A DNA stretch of 28,488 nucleotides from an uncultured Nitrososphaeraceae archaeon (GTDB lineage: Archaea; Thermoproteota; Nitrososphaeria; Nitrososphaerales; Nitrososphaeraceae): assembly GCA_963765895.1 (NCBI GenBank), contig CAVXZB010000044.1:1-28488 (forward strand), written 5' to 3'. The stretch's first letter is position 1; every line of letters starts with the position of its first letter. Below are positions 9,307-19,237 of this stretch, piece by piece. The notes below the pieces were generated by a model. It had not been told where the DNA came from. It was given only the letters and a program-made list of their open reading frames with translations, and did not search any database. A program made the translations under genes and the position numbers.

Positions 9307-9694
9307 TCAATGATAATCCTTACAGTCAAAGTCCGCAGTATCCGTCTCCTTTCCAGAGTTCGGCCTCATTATTGAGCACCAGCCCTTAATATATCCATCA
9401 CTAAAGCTATGTGTCTGATTATCTAATGCGTTGTCTGGTTGTTTTACCCAATCTAACTTACTCATATTAGCGTTATCAAGATATGCGTCAGATACTCCGT
9501 GTTGAAAGCCCTGTCCTAATTGATCCTGTGTGCTCTCCCGTGAGCAATCAAATGTAAACTCATCTGCATCACTTGCCATATCATCTATACTACAGAATCC
9601 GTCCAAAGGCACTTTCTATACCCATAAAAGTGCCAGATAATGCAAGTGCAAGAATAACGCTTAGACCAGACATATAACTAATTGCATATTTCAC
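9307..9694 (-). pseudogene. Secreted two-repeat GFxHGVSDA...GYIxGWC...FDC protein with most of repeat 1 deleted
   Basis: GTG at 9694 gives MKYAISYMSGLSVILALALSGTFMGIESAFG. It then jumps out of frame to DGFCS...DADEFTFDC (end of repeat 1), followed by a complete repeat 2. Confidence 0.75.
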
Positions 9695-9971
9695 TGCCAG
9701 TCAAATGATGTTTTGAATCATATACTAATAAATAGAGAGATGCATAATACGATACCGAAGATTAATAAACGATTTTAATCGCTCAGTTACTTAGGTTAAC
9801 TAAGAGATTTGTTACTAACAACTAGTTTAGTACAATCGATATAAACAATGTATTGTAAATGAGATTCCCAGTAATTTATCTCTCAGTACTTCGTGCCTAT
9901 CCTAGAGGACATGGTATAAAAGAAGGCTATCTAGAGTATTCCTATGCGTCATTCCTTTAATAAGTTTGACC

Positions 9972-9999
9972 ATATCGGACAATATCGGATTATATCGGA
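9972..9999 (+). repeat. Three direct repeats of ATATCGGA with an exact 10-bp period
   Basis: cATATCGGAcaATATCGGAttATATCGGAt; copies start at 9972, 9982 and 9992. Confidence 0.85.
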
Positions 10000-10293
10000 T
10001 AAATTGATTGTATTACGATATGCGGCATATCAAATAATAAACATTTTCCCAAATGTAGACTGATAGTTCGATAAATGTACACTAAATAGATAGAACGTCT
10101 CGTGTATGTTAGGCCGGCCCATTTGTTAAACGAAAGGAAACGGCGCGCCTATAGACCAATTTCGTATTGATAGTAATTATGAAATAGTCTTTTTAGTTAG
10201 CCTTTTCTTGCCGGGTACAACAACAGTATATTCATCAAATACATATCGACAATAGTACAGACCCCTAACAAACCTAGTTGTAGTAATTAGTGT

Positions 10294-10419
10294 CTAGACA
10301 TCTGGATGAGTTATTTCATTCCAGCATTCAACACAATAATCACCTAGAATGTTAAAAATCTCCGCATATTCTTTATTACATTTTTTACATCTGGAATCTG
10401 AATTAATTACAACTGACAT
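10294..10419 (-). CDS. 41-aa Zn-finger microprotein (not in the ORF track)
   Basis: MSVVINSDSRCKKCNKEYAEIFNILGDYCVECWNEITHPDV: CxxC-x14-CxxC. TTATAA box about 25-30 bp upstream (10444-10449), consistent with a leaderless transcript. Confidence 0.75.
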   Translation of the reverse strand: MSVVINSDSRCKKCNKEYAEIFNILGDYCVECWNEITHPDV

Positions 10420-10845
10420 TATGTAAATTACAACTGAGTAAGGTTATAAGTACATTGCATAGCTTTCGTATAGTTGATTTGTCCCTACAACAGTCGTTAT
10501 ATACTAGGTATTTAGGAATAGCATATCCTATGGCAATATGGCTATTGCAGTAGAAATACTTGACTATAGGAGAAGAACTACAAACTCGGATCTCTGGGTT
10601 ATCGCGGATAAATGCCCTCTTGGTGGTGGGGATAATTTGTAACAGATCGCGGCAGTACTCTGAGTATCTTTATGAGCTCAGTTGATTATCTTATTGTTGT
10701 TAAGCGATTTATATTTTTAATATTTAATGCATTCTCAATTTGTCGATTTAGATATTAGCCAGACGTTAAAAATTTAATACATCATTATAATAAAACTATA
10801 GATGTAGTTGATACATATCATATTCGCTATTATCCAATCAACACC

Positions 10846-11067
10846 TCATATTGGTTGTACACTCTGGTTTGATTGCCATCTACGTTTCCATCTTACTCTC
10901 ACTAAAGAGATTCTTATTGCAAGATATATACCAAACCCTGTGAGTATCCAAAGAATCGTTGCCGCTACTACATTATATTCAAGTAAGTATATAACCGCAA
11001 AAACGAGTGTCAGACCTGCATACGAAAATACTATAATTGGCAAGTACCTTTGTAACTTTCTCGGCAA
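10846..11067 (-). CDS. Small two-TM membrane protein
   Basis: Two hydrophobic helices flanked by basic termini (PRK; RVRWKRR). Confidence 0.6.
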   Translation of the reverse strand: MPRKLQRYLPIIVFSYAGLTLVFAVIYLLEYNVVAATILWILTGFGIYLAIRISLVRVRWKRRWQSNQSVQPI

Positions 11068-12059
11068 TTTCTATAAGCTGTACTGTTAGCTTCATGCGAT
11101 CTGCAGTAGAATTAACCATAGTTATTTACTATCATAACTATAATGATTAAAAATGATATTAAGGTTATCGGAACTCCTTAATTTACACCAAAATTACCAA
11201 CCTAGTCGCATTCAGACTAAGCCTCTCGGAGCCTGTTTTCTTCTGCAAATGAGTCTAGCTTATTTCAAATTTTGAATTTTAACAATCCTATATTGTACGA
11301 TGAATCTTCCTACATTACGTCCTGTGCGTAAAGTTATTAATCCTTTAAAATACGTATTAGATATCATTTAACGCTATCATTTGAGGTCCAAATTGGTGCT
11401 TTCGATCATTTGTAATCTCTGATAATATACCCTTAAAAGTCTATAGAAGGTAATATTAATTAATTCAGAATAAGTGGAAATTAAATAAGAGCACGGTCTG
11501 TCTTTTAAACAAGAGGCACAAGTAACCAAGGTTATCTTTTCGTTACTGTCTCGATAATCAATCTGAGTTCATGTCTCACGTAGAATCGATTACCTAAACT
11601 CTTTAGAGGACCATAATCTTCTTGACGCATATTGGTCATACCGACAAGCGAATCTTTGTCGCGTCAGGCATCAACCCCTAACGTGACCCAACAACAAATA
11701 GAGCAAGCAGCTGCCTTTACAGCGTTCATCTATATCGAACAGATCATGCGGCTGGACGCTGCCAAAGGCAAGCTACTCGCCCAACCTGACTACTTACGCG
11801 ATGTTACCGGACATCCTTGTGATCCCCGGTTACAGTGGCCTCATATATGACATGCTTTACAATGGTCACAATATGGCTCTACAGATAGCGCCTAAACTCA
11901 CAACGCTAACTGGAGGTGGTGCTGGCTAAGTTGCCACCGATCAAAGTATTCAGTTCACATTCAATCATTATGGATTGAACTTAACAATACAATCGTATAA
12001 CTCTGGCGTCTGCAGCCAGACATCAAATATATCATCATGTAATAAATAAATTGCAAACA

Positions 12060-12926
12060 ATGTTAAAATTTAAGAATGTTCGTGTTTACTGCAATGAGAC
12101 AGACACATTAGACCTTAACTTTATAGTGAGAAGACTACAAAAATATTTCACAGGCGTTAAGATAGACATAAGGCCTAATTTTTTGATTAATATAGATAAT
12201 GTACTTGCAGAGCAGTTAGTGTCCATCATTATATCTGATGTCAAGAAACCTTTCAACGAACAACCTAGAGTAAAAGTTCAAGGAGAACTAGATCAAAGTG
12301 TTGATTATGAGAAGAATTTTCCAAGATATCTAATTCCTAATGGTATTAGTGGTAGTAATAGCAGTACCAAAAAGCAGCAGTATAAAGAATTGATATTATA
12401 CGATGGGTTTAGGATGCAAAGATTATTTGAAACAATGATCAATGAAGATGAGTCGAATACTGATCATGTACATATAGTATTTGAAGATAGATTAGTATGT
12501 ACTTTTAGCGATGAAGACTGGCGCTATCATGCAAGAACCATTCTAGGAGGCAGTCCTTCAATTATTTCTACAGCTGGTATTATTGAAGGACCTGCCAAAC
12601 CAAAGGAATGGTACATAAAGCAAATGCAGGTAGCGGCTAATGACAGAGGTAGTGATGATGACGAAAATAATTCGAACTCATCATTTAGTGAGAAAGAAAA
12701 ATATCTTGATTATGGCGATTATAGAATAAACTTTGCAGCGGTTGGATATGCTCTTCAGGCATTATTTTTCTTTATAACTGAAGGAAATCCTTTCTGTAAT
12801 GATATTAATTGCAGACTTTATAATGCACACTGGCAAGAAGAACTGATATATTCACAAATACAAAGCAAGAGGCTATGTAATGAGCATGCTAAATTGTTAC
12901 ATAAATTCAATGCCATTTGCTGTTGA
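12060..12926 (+). CDS. DUF6775-like putative metallopeptidase (archaeal)
   Basis: LYDGF, HIVFEDRLVCTF..D.RYHAR, IIST.GIIEGPAKP, FCND..CRLYNAHWQEELI, LCNEH. Confidence 0.8.
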   Translation: MLKFKNVRVYCNETDTLDLNFIVRRLQKYFTGVKIDIRPNFLINIDNVLAEQLVSIIISDVKKPFNEQPRVKVQGELDQSVDYEKNFPRYLIPNGISGSNSSTKKQQYKELILYDGFRMQRLFETMINEDESNTDHVHIVFEDRLVCTFSDEDWRYHARTILGGSPSIISTAGIIEGPAKPKEWYIKQMQVAANDRGSDDDENNSNSSFSEKEKYLDYGDYRINFAAVGYALQALFFFITEGNPFCNDINCRLYNAHWQEELIYSQIQSKRLCNEHAKLLHKFNAICC

Positions 12927-13188
12927 ATAATAGACAACTTGGACTGATTTTTAATATAATTGAGTCTAGGATCATAACCATGGTCTTATCTGGAGTAACA
13001 AATAGTTATAAGCAACCTTTTCATCTTAAGGCAATAAACAAAGACAATATAAAAAGGCTAGAAAAGCTAAATGAGAAATACCATTGAACACCCTTAATTA
13101 AATAAATCGCAATTAATTAGCTGAATCTGGATAACCTCCTAATATATTAACGTTATAATATCTAAATGAGTGTTTAATACTGAAAAAA

Positions 13189-13542
13189 TTATAACAACTT
13201 GAGATCTTTTACAATTGGATCTATCCGTTCTGACGAAATTGGCCCTATACCAATACAGGTAACAGTATCTGGCTCTAACTGAGTTCGTCCGGCATCATGA
13301 ATCTTTACTACAGGCAAATTTGCGTTAATTATATTTATAAAATAATCATTCAATTCGGTATAACTATTTACCTTTAATATGACCTTAATCTGTCCATCAT
13401 CCCGTTTCCACGCTGTGACTCCCTGCATATCAAATATGCTGGTCCTTTCCATTGCCATAACTGCAGCGTGCGCAACTTGGGCTGCAATCTTACCGGCACT
13501 CATTCCCAAATCTTTGCGAACAATAATAACTTGTTTACGCAT
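13189..13542 (-). CDS. pth2: Peptidyl-tRNA hydrolase 2
   Basis: KQVIIVRKDLGMSAGKIAAQVAHAA, GQIKVILKV, IHDAGRTQLEPDTVTCIGIGP, DLKLL. Confidence 0.95.
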   Translation of the reverse strand: MRKQVIIVRKDLGMSAGKIAAQVAHAAVMAMERTSIFDMQGVTAWKRDDGQIKVILKVNSYTELNDYFINIINANLPVVKIHDAGRTQLEPDTVTCIGIGPISSERIDPIVKDLKLL

Positions 13543-13800
13543 ATTAATTAATCGTGTTCTATTACTGTCGAGTATTAAATATAACTTTCCCACAAGGCAA
13601 GTCTATCGAGTGGTCATTAGTCCTAATTATTGTTTGGATTAAATATTCTGTGAGAATTCAGCCATTTCTAAGGCATATTTTGTTTGATAAGATCAGGCCA
13701 TTTAACAATTATGACTGAAATGTGTTTCCATAGATCAAGAAATGCTTAGAGATATGCAAATAAATAATAATCAAGCTTCAATTATTTTTGTATTCTAAAC

Positions 13801-14112
13801 TTAAGGAAATACTCCAAGAAAGGTCTTTACGAATCGCCTTTTTGCGATTACGAGTGCGTTTTTTCCAGTCTGTGTTAGAGTGTAGACTATGATCTTACCA
13901 TCACTTTTATCCTCAACAATAAATCCCATTTCTCGAAGATTTTTCAATGCAGGATAGATTGTGCCTGGACTCGGTTTTTCTCCTTTTCTTTTTGCAATCT
14001 CTTCAGCAATCTCTTGTCCATGCATCGGTTTTTTTGATAACAGGAAAAGAATTAGAAATCCCAACATCCCTCGCATGTCACAGCAATAGCCGCTATTATC
14101 TTTTCTTGACAC
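13801..14112 (-). CDS. PadR-family transcriptional regulator with an N-terminal CC motif
   Basis: GYCCDMRGMLGFLILFLL..KPMHGQEI...PSPGTIYPALKNL...YTLTQTG. Confidence 0.92.
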   Translation of the reverse strand: MSRKDNSGYCCDMRGMLGFLILFLLSKKPMHGQEIAEEIAKRKGEKPSPGTIYPALKNLREMGFIVEDKSDGKIIVYTLTQTGKNALVIAKRRFVKTFLGVFP

Positions 14113-14122
14113 ACCTTATATA

Positions 14123-14182
14123 ATGTATTGGATATCCGATATATATAAATACGCCCTTAACAATATATCGTATGTCCGATAT
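14123..14182. promoter_or_regulatory. Divergent promoter with two near-palindromic operators flanking a TATA box
   Basis: GTATTGGATATCCGATAT (14125-14142) and ATATCGTATGTCCGATAT (14165-14182). Consensus ATATCGGAnnTCCGATAT, centres 40 bp apart, TATATAAA at 14142-14149. Confidence 0.7.
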
Positions 14183-14213
14183 GCATAGAGACAAGAGAGG
14201 AGGTGAAACATAA

Positions 14214-14366
14214 TTGACATATGGCTGTTGTGGATCAAGTTCTCGTAATGTAAGAAGTTTTCTTACGAAGGAAGAACGTGTAGCATTACTAAAAGAATAC
14301 AAAAATGATCTGGAGAAGGAAACTCAAGGAGTGACAGAGAGAATCAAAGAATTAGAAGCGAATTAA
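14214..14366 (+). CDS. 50-aa DUF5320-like coiled-coil protein with an N-terminal CC motif (not in the ORF track)
   Basis: SD GGAGGTGA at 14199-14206, TTG start; MTYGCCGSSSRNVRSFLTKEERVALLKEYKNDLEKETQGVTERIKELEAN. Confidence 0.85.
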   Translation: MTYGCCGSSSRNVRSFLTKEERVALLKEYKNDLEKETQGVTERIKELEAN

Positions 14367-14578
14367 CTTACATAAATTCGCCATTTTTCTACTATGATTT
14401 TGCCGTACAATTCTTCATCTATTAATTTCTTCTGGAGTCTATGTTTATTTATATTTTAAAAGTATATCAATGATTATAATTTATCATTCGTTATAATTTA
14501 ATAATAGAAGAGAATTGAAGGTTGAGGATTATGGTTAGCGAAGCAACAATAATCAAAATGATAAGCAATTGTATATAA

Positions 14579-14748
14579 GGATTTAACGTATAGATGGCCA
14601 AAGAAATGTTCAAAACTCCAGAGGAATTTGAAATAGGCGTCATGATTGCAATTGGATATCGGGATGATCCCAGGACACTTCCTGAAAGACTCAGAGGGAA
14701 ATCTAGTAGTACACGTGAAAGAAAGGCATTGAAGGAAATTGTCCTCGA
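14579..14748 (+). pseudogene. Nitroreductase-family C-terminal fragment
   Basis: GFNV*MAKEMFKTPEEFEIGVMIAIGYRDDPRTLPERLR...RERKALKEIV; N-terminus missing. Confidence 0.75.
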
Positions 14749-15130
14749 AGTTGGATCATCTAATGCATCCTACGTCACATATTTCAAATGAATCAAGTGA
14801 TTAATCTTGCGTGCTTCCTCACCAACAACAAGTTCTACGTGACCTTTGATCAATACTCCTTTGAGATTCAGCCCAGCTCGATATATCTATCATCACTGAT
14901 GCGTGTGGTCTACTCACGAGATTTCGATACTTGTGTGTGGCGAGAAGTAGGGATGCAAATGTCGTTATCGATTCGCAGAAACCACATGGGCATGAGATGA
15001 ATGCTACCGTCTTCATCAAGTGTAGCGAGGTTAGCTATCAGTCTCATCGAAAGAAGTTTGTCGATTTCTACTGAGCTTAAGGCAAGAGGTTTGTCTGCTG
15101 CAATGTTGGTGTCAGTATGGTGTTTGTCAT
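14748..15130 (-). pseudogene. Second PPOX-family oxidoreductase, frameshifted and 3'-truncated
   Basis: Reconstructed across frames: EIDKLLSMRLIANLATLDEDGSIHLMPMWF...TSRH/THKYRNLVSRPHASVMID.../GLNLKGVLIKGHVELV...HLKYV. Confidence 0.8.
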
Positions 15131-15288
15131 ATTCTCGTCTATAAAGTAAAAGTTTTTGTCAACACGATGATAGACTTTATTATTATCTACAACGCAATAA
15201 AGGATTACATACACCTCAAGATCCAAAAATTTGTAACAGTCAGATAGAGGTTCTTTTAACGATAGAAGCATAGAAAGTTATATAAAGA

Positions 15289-15921
15289 TTGGGTCGGAAG
15301 TTGAAATATACGAGAATATTGCTTACCCGAACTAAAAATCATAATTCCTATCCAATTTTAGATAATGGAATTAGTTCATTTCATCATTCTTATAGTAACA
15401 GTGATGATCGTCTTCATCAACATTATCTTTCTGAGCCTTCTTCTCACTCTCTTACTGATCCTTATTACCTACAAAACCAGGGATCAAATTTACATACCAT
15501 CACAGAAACGGAAGCAAAAGTATCTCCAAAACCACCATTTATCAAAAGGATACTTCTTGTAGATGATGTTCCTGATATTACATTAACTTTCAAAGCAGGT
15601 TTAGAAGGTTATCGTTATGGTGACAAGAAAAGATTTGAAGTGTACACATATAACGATCCTTTGTTGGTATTGAAAGAATTCAAACCAGAATTTTATGATC
15701 TTCTTCTAACCGATATTGATATGCCAAACATGAATGGCTTCCAGTTATGCAAAAAGATATTAGAATTAGATGTTAACATTAGAGTATGTTTTATGTCTGC
15801 ATTAGAAGTAAATATTCGAGCTCTAAGAGAAGTATATCCTAATGTAAGTTTTGGATGTTATATCGAAATGCCAGTTACAATAGGATACTTAATTAAAAGA
15901 TTATCAGCAGAGTTAGATTAG
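15289..15921 (+). CDS. Stand-alone response-regulator receiver protein (atypical; start uncertain)
   Basis: KRILLVDD.PD, YDLLLTDIDMPNMNGF, VCFMSA; the conserved KP motif appears as EMP. Confidence 0.85.
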   Translation: MGRKLKYTRILLTRTKNHNSYPILDNGISSFHHSYSNSDDRLHQHYLSEPSSHSLTDPYYLQNQGSNLHTITETEAKVSPKPPFIKRILLVDDVPDITLTFKAGLEGYRYGDKKRFEVYTYNDPLLVLKEFKPEFYDLLLTDIDMPNMNGFQLCKKILELDVNIRVCFMSALEVNIRALREVYPNVSFGCYIEMPVTIGYLIKRLSAELD

Positions 15922-16001
15922 TAGGATAGAATCTTCGTTTATTAATAAATCGGATTATAACAACACCTCATTCACATGTTACCAGACCACACGATCCTAC
16001 C

Positions 16002-16256
16002 TCATTTCAAAAAATCTGATAGACTTGTTTGTTTTTGGCTACTGGATGCATCTTCTGTTGTATTAGGAATCCTAACGTCATTCCATGTCGCTTCTTACAA
16101 ACCCAACATTTTCCTGAATGTGTTAGCAATTCTAGGCCCAAAGCCAGCATAATGATTATTTGCTGCTACTATTGCTAGGTTTAGTCTATCTCTTTGTTCT
16201 TCCTCATCTCTGGCTATCTTTAGAAACCTAGCCAATTTTTTCATCTCTAAAATCCT
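16002..16256 (-). pseudogene. DUF72 fragment, copy 1, C-terminal piece
   Basis: RILEMKK...LNLAIVAANNHYAGFGPRIANTFRKMLGL*EATW...KQTSLSDFLK*. Confidence 0.85.
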
Positions 16257-16370
16257 AAGCTTGTGATGATTACACATTAGTTATCAATGTTAAGCAAGGT
16301 TCAATAGATAAAGAATTTTGATATTTTCAGTTCATGAGGGGGATTAGATAATATTAAATTCATAACAAGA

Positions 16371-16688
16371 TTGGGAAGAAGAAAAAACCCATCAAATTCA
16401 AGCGATAGTAGCAACAGCCTGGCCTCTAAAGGAAAATACATTATTGTTTTAGGTATAGTTATGGCAGTAATAGGTTTTGTTGGTGCTATATATTATGGAT
16501 CACAATTTGTAAAAGAGGAGGTAAATGGAGGCGCAAGACTACCCTTTACTACTCCACCCCAAATGAATAATCTATCACCTATGGACTTTGAAATAGTGTT
16601 TGTTGTTATTGCAATAATAGGATTCGGATTGTTGACTTATGAATTTGCTGGCAGAGTAGATAAGTCACATGATTTCTATCCAAAATGA
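16371..16688 (+). CDS. Two-TM membrane protein
   Basis: Basic N-terminus and two hydrophobic helices; intact ORF. Confidence 0.65.
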   Translation: MGRRKNPSNSSDSSNSLASKGKYIIVLGIVMAVIGFVGAIYYGSQFVKEEVNGGARLPFTTPPQMNNLSPMDFEIVFVVIAIIGFGLLTYEFAGRVDKSHDFYPK

Positions 16689-16963
16689 ATGAATGAATGA
16701 TCATTCTTTATTGTGTGACTAAAAGTAAATAATTCATGATGATATCGAAATGAAGGAACAATTCTAAAACTAAAAATGGAAAGTGTAAAACAAAACGTCA
16801 TGACGAAGACGAAACCGGAGCTTGTTATCCAATACACAAGCCAATATCTAACCATATGTAGGCATCAAAATAAGACACAAACTGAAAATGCTCACATAAC
16901 TACTGATAATCCAGCAATAGAATTTGTAAAATGATTATATAAAACGAAAATCATCTTGAATGG

Positions 16964-17965
16964 ATGAAAGCTGCCATTTTCGAAAAACCCGGTTTAGAGA
17001 ATCTAAAGATAAAACAAGACATCGAAGAACCAAAAATAACAGATCATGATGTGCTTGTAAAAGTTAAGATGGCCGGTATAAATCCAATAGATCATTTTGC
17101 AATATCTGGTGCACGAGAGATTAAGCCAATACCACACATACCAGGAGCTGAAATAGCCGGAGTGATAGAAGAGACTGGAAAACATGTATCGAGCTTGACA
17201 CAAGGTGATAGAGTTGTAGTTTACGCTAGAGTATTTGATGGCACATGTGATATGTGCCTTAAGGGATACGAAATGTTATGCAGAAGCGGTGGGATAATTG
17301 GTGTTATGACTAATGGAGGATTTGCAGAATATATTGCTGTTCCAGAGAAAAATGTGTTTAAAATACCAAACGATATAGAATGGGAATTAGCAGCAAGTCT
17401 GCCTGTAACCACCATAACACCATATCATGCACTTAAAGAAGCAGCACTTAAAGTGAATGAATTCTTGCTTGTATTTGGTGCTTCGGGAAACACAGGAATT
17501 ATGGCAGTTCAGTTTGCTAACAGAATGGGAGCAAAGGTCGTAGCTGTTTCTAAGGACGACTGGGTAAAGGATTTTGGTGCTGATTATATTATCAATGAAT
17601 ATGACAAAGTAATAGAAGAAGTAAAAAAGATAACTAATGGAAAGATGGCTGATGTAGTTCTAAATTCGTTGGGAATTGGGACATGGGAGAGTAGCTTTGA
17701 ATCTGTTGGTGCGAATGGAAGGTTAGTGACATTTGGAGGACTAACGGGTGCAGATGTTAAGTTAAACGTTCAATCATTATATTCAAGACAAGTCAAGTTG
17801 ATAGGATCTACTGGCGGAACTAGAAATGATTTCAACGAAATTATAGACATGTCTAAAGAATTGAAGATCAGAGTATGGAAAAAGTTCAAGCTAAATGAGG
17901 CAAAAGAAGCATTGCAGGCATTATTTGTCAAGGAAAGAGATGGTAGAATTGTGTTAGAAATCTGA
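16964..17965 (+). CDS. Medium-chain (zinc-binding ADH/quinone reductase-like) oxidoreductase
   Basis: GINPID, PHIPGAEIAG, DGTCDMCLKG.E.LC structural-Zn lobe, GGFAEY, VFGASGNTG; intact 333 aa. Confidence 0.92.
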   Translation: MKAAIFEKPGLENLKIKQDIEEPKITDHDVLVKVKMAGINPIDHFAISGAREIKPIPHIPGAEIAGVIEETGKHVSSLTQGDRVVVYARVFDGTCDMCLKGYEMLCRSGGIIGVMTNGGFAEYIAVPEKNVFKIPNDIEWELAASLPVTTITPYHALKEAALKVNEFLLVFGASGNTGIMAVQFANRMGAKVVAVSKDDWVKDFGADYIINEYDKVIEEVKKITNGKMADVVLNSLGIGTWESSFESVGANGRLVTFGGLTGADVKLNVQSLYSRQVKLIGSTGGTRNDFNEIIDMSKELKIRVWKKFKLNEAKEALQALFVKERDGRIVLEI

Positions 17966-18035
17966 AATCTGAAAATAAACTGTTCTAACAAATATACTCA
18001 AATCAAAGAGCATTAAACCTAGCTATCATATGATT

Positions 18036-19140
18036 ATGGTTATCAATTATCATGATATCAACAATCCCCTTTGTAAGATGTTGAATATTCGTTATCCTAT
18101 AATACAAGCAGGTATGGCAGGGTCAACCACCCCTGAACTAGTAGAGCAGTATCTAACGCAGGAGGGCTTGGAATTGTTGGGCTGCTAGACTGATGCCAGA
18201 TCAGTTTTTAGACATGATTCTAAAAATAAAGGAGCTTACCACTATACGTATGGCGTTAATCTGCAATTAGCTCCTCCAGAGAAGAGTGTAACAGATGAAA
18301 CTGACTGCGGTTCAACGGTTCTTGGATACTGATTTCCGTCAGAATATTGGACTTAAACCAAGGTCAGGCCAAAGTATCGCTTTACCTCCTTCAAGCCTAT
18401 CTGAGGCTATTCAGATAATTCTTGAGCAAAAAGTGCCTATCATAAGCTTTGCAATGGGCGATCCAGCAAAATTTGTTAAGCAAATTCATTTATCAGGAGC
18501 TAAGGTGATGTCTATGGTTACGACTGTCGAAGAGGCACTCATGGTAGCTAATAATGGAACTGACATCATTGTAACACAAGGCTCAGAAGCAAGGGGACAT
18601 AGATCTACCTTCAACATAGATCCTAAAGGAGAGTTGTCTCTAATCGGAACTATGGCTCTGGTCCCACAAGTTGTGGATGCTCTAAAAAAGGAAGGAAAAG
18701 AGATACCAATAGTAACTGCTGGAGGAATAGCTGATGGTCGGGGCCTATTAGCAGCTTTAGCATTAGGCGCATCCGGTGCTTTAATCGGAACTCGATTCTT
18801 GGTGACACGAGAAAGTGGAGCATTTAAAGTATATCACGAACGCTTGCTTTCTTCCAAGGTAACTGATACAATGATAACAAAAGTATTTACTGGCCGTCCT
18901 GCACGAGGGTTACACAATGCCTTTGTAGAAAAATATTTACAATCAGATCTTGAACCACTACCTTGGTCATTCCAGGCTTTAGCTGCTGATGATATTTATT
19001 TAAATGCACATGTTAGCAATAATGCAGATTACTTTCCACTCTTAGCTGGACAAGAACTGCGTATGTTGAAGAGAGATCGAACTGGAGCAGAGATAATAGA
19101 GGAGATAATATCAGAAGCAAGAGAAATCTATCACAATTAA
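18036..19140 (+). pseudogene. Nitronate monooxygenase (2-nitropropane dioxygenase) family, several 5' frameshifts
   Basis: [17 protein letters not shown] / AVSNAGGLG / YGVNL lie in shifting frames upstream of ORF 18295, which has QGSEARGHR, AGGIADGRG, IGTRFL and FTGRPARG. Confidence 0.9.
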
Positions 19141-19237
19141 ATAAAGTTATGATTGCTTCAGACAAATCTTGTTAATCAATTCTCAGGCTATATATTTATC
19201 ATACTTAAAGATAATATTGCATTAATCACTAATATCT

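Noticed and set aside
11632-11930. GC-richer ORF 11632-11850 and the following short frame
   Set aside because: May be a gene remnant, but no motif or start context that I can support.
15365-15562. Hydrophobic 65-aa ORF overlapping the response-regulator 5' region
   Set aside because: Probably an alternative-frame shadow of His/Ser-rich low-complexity sequence; no independent support.
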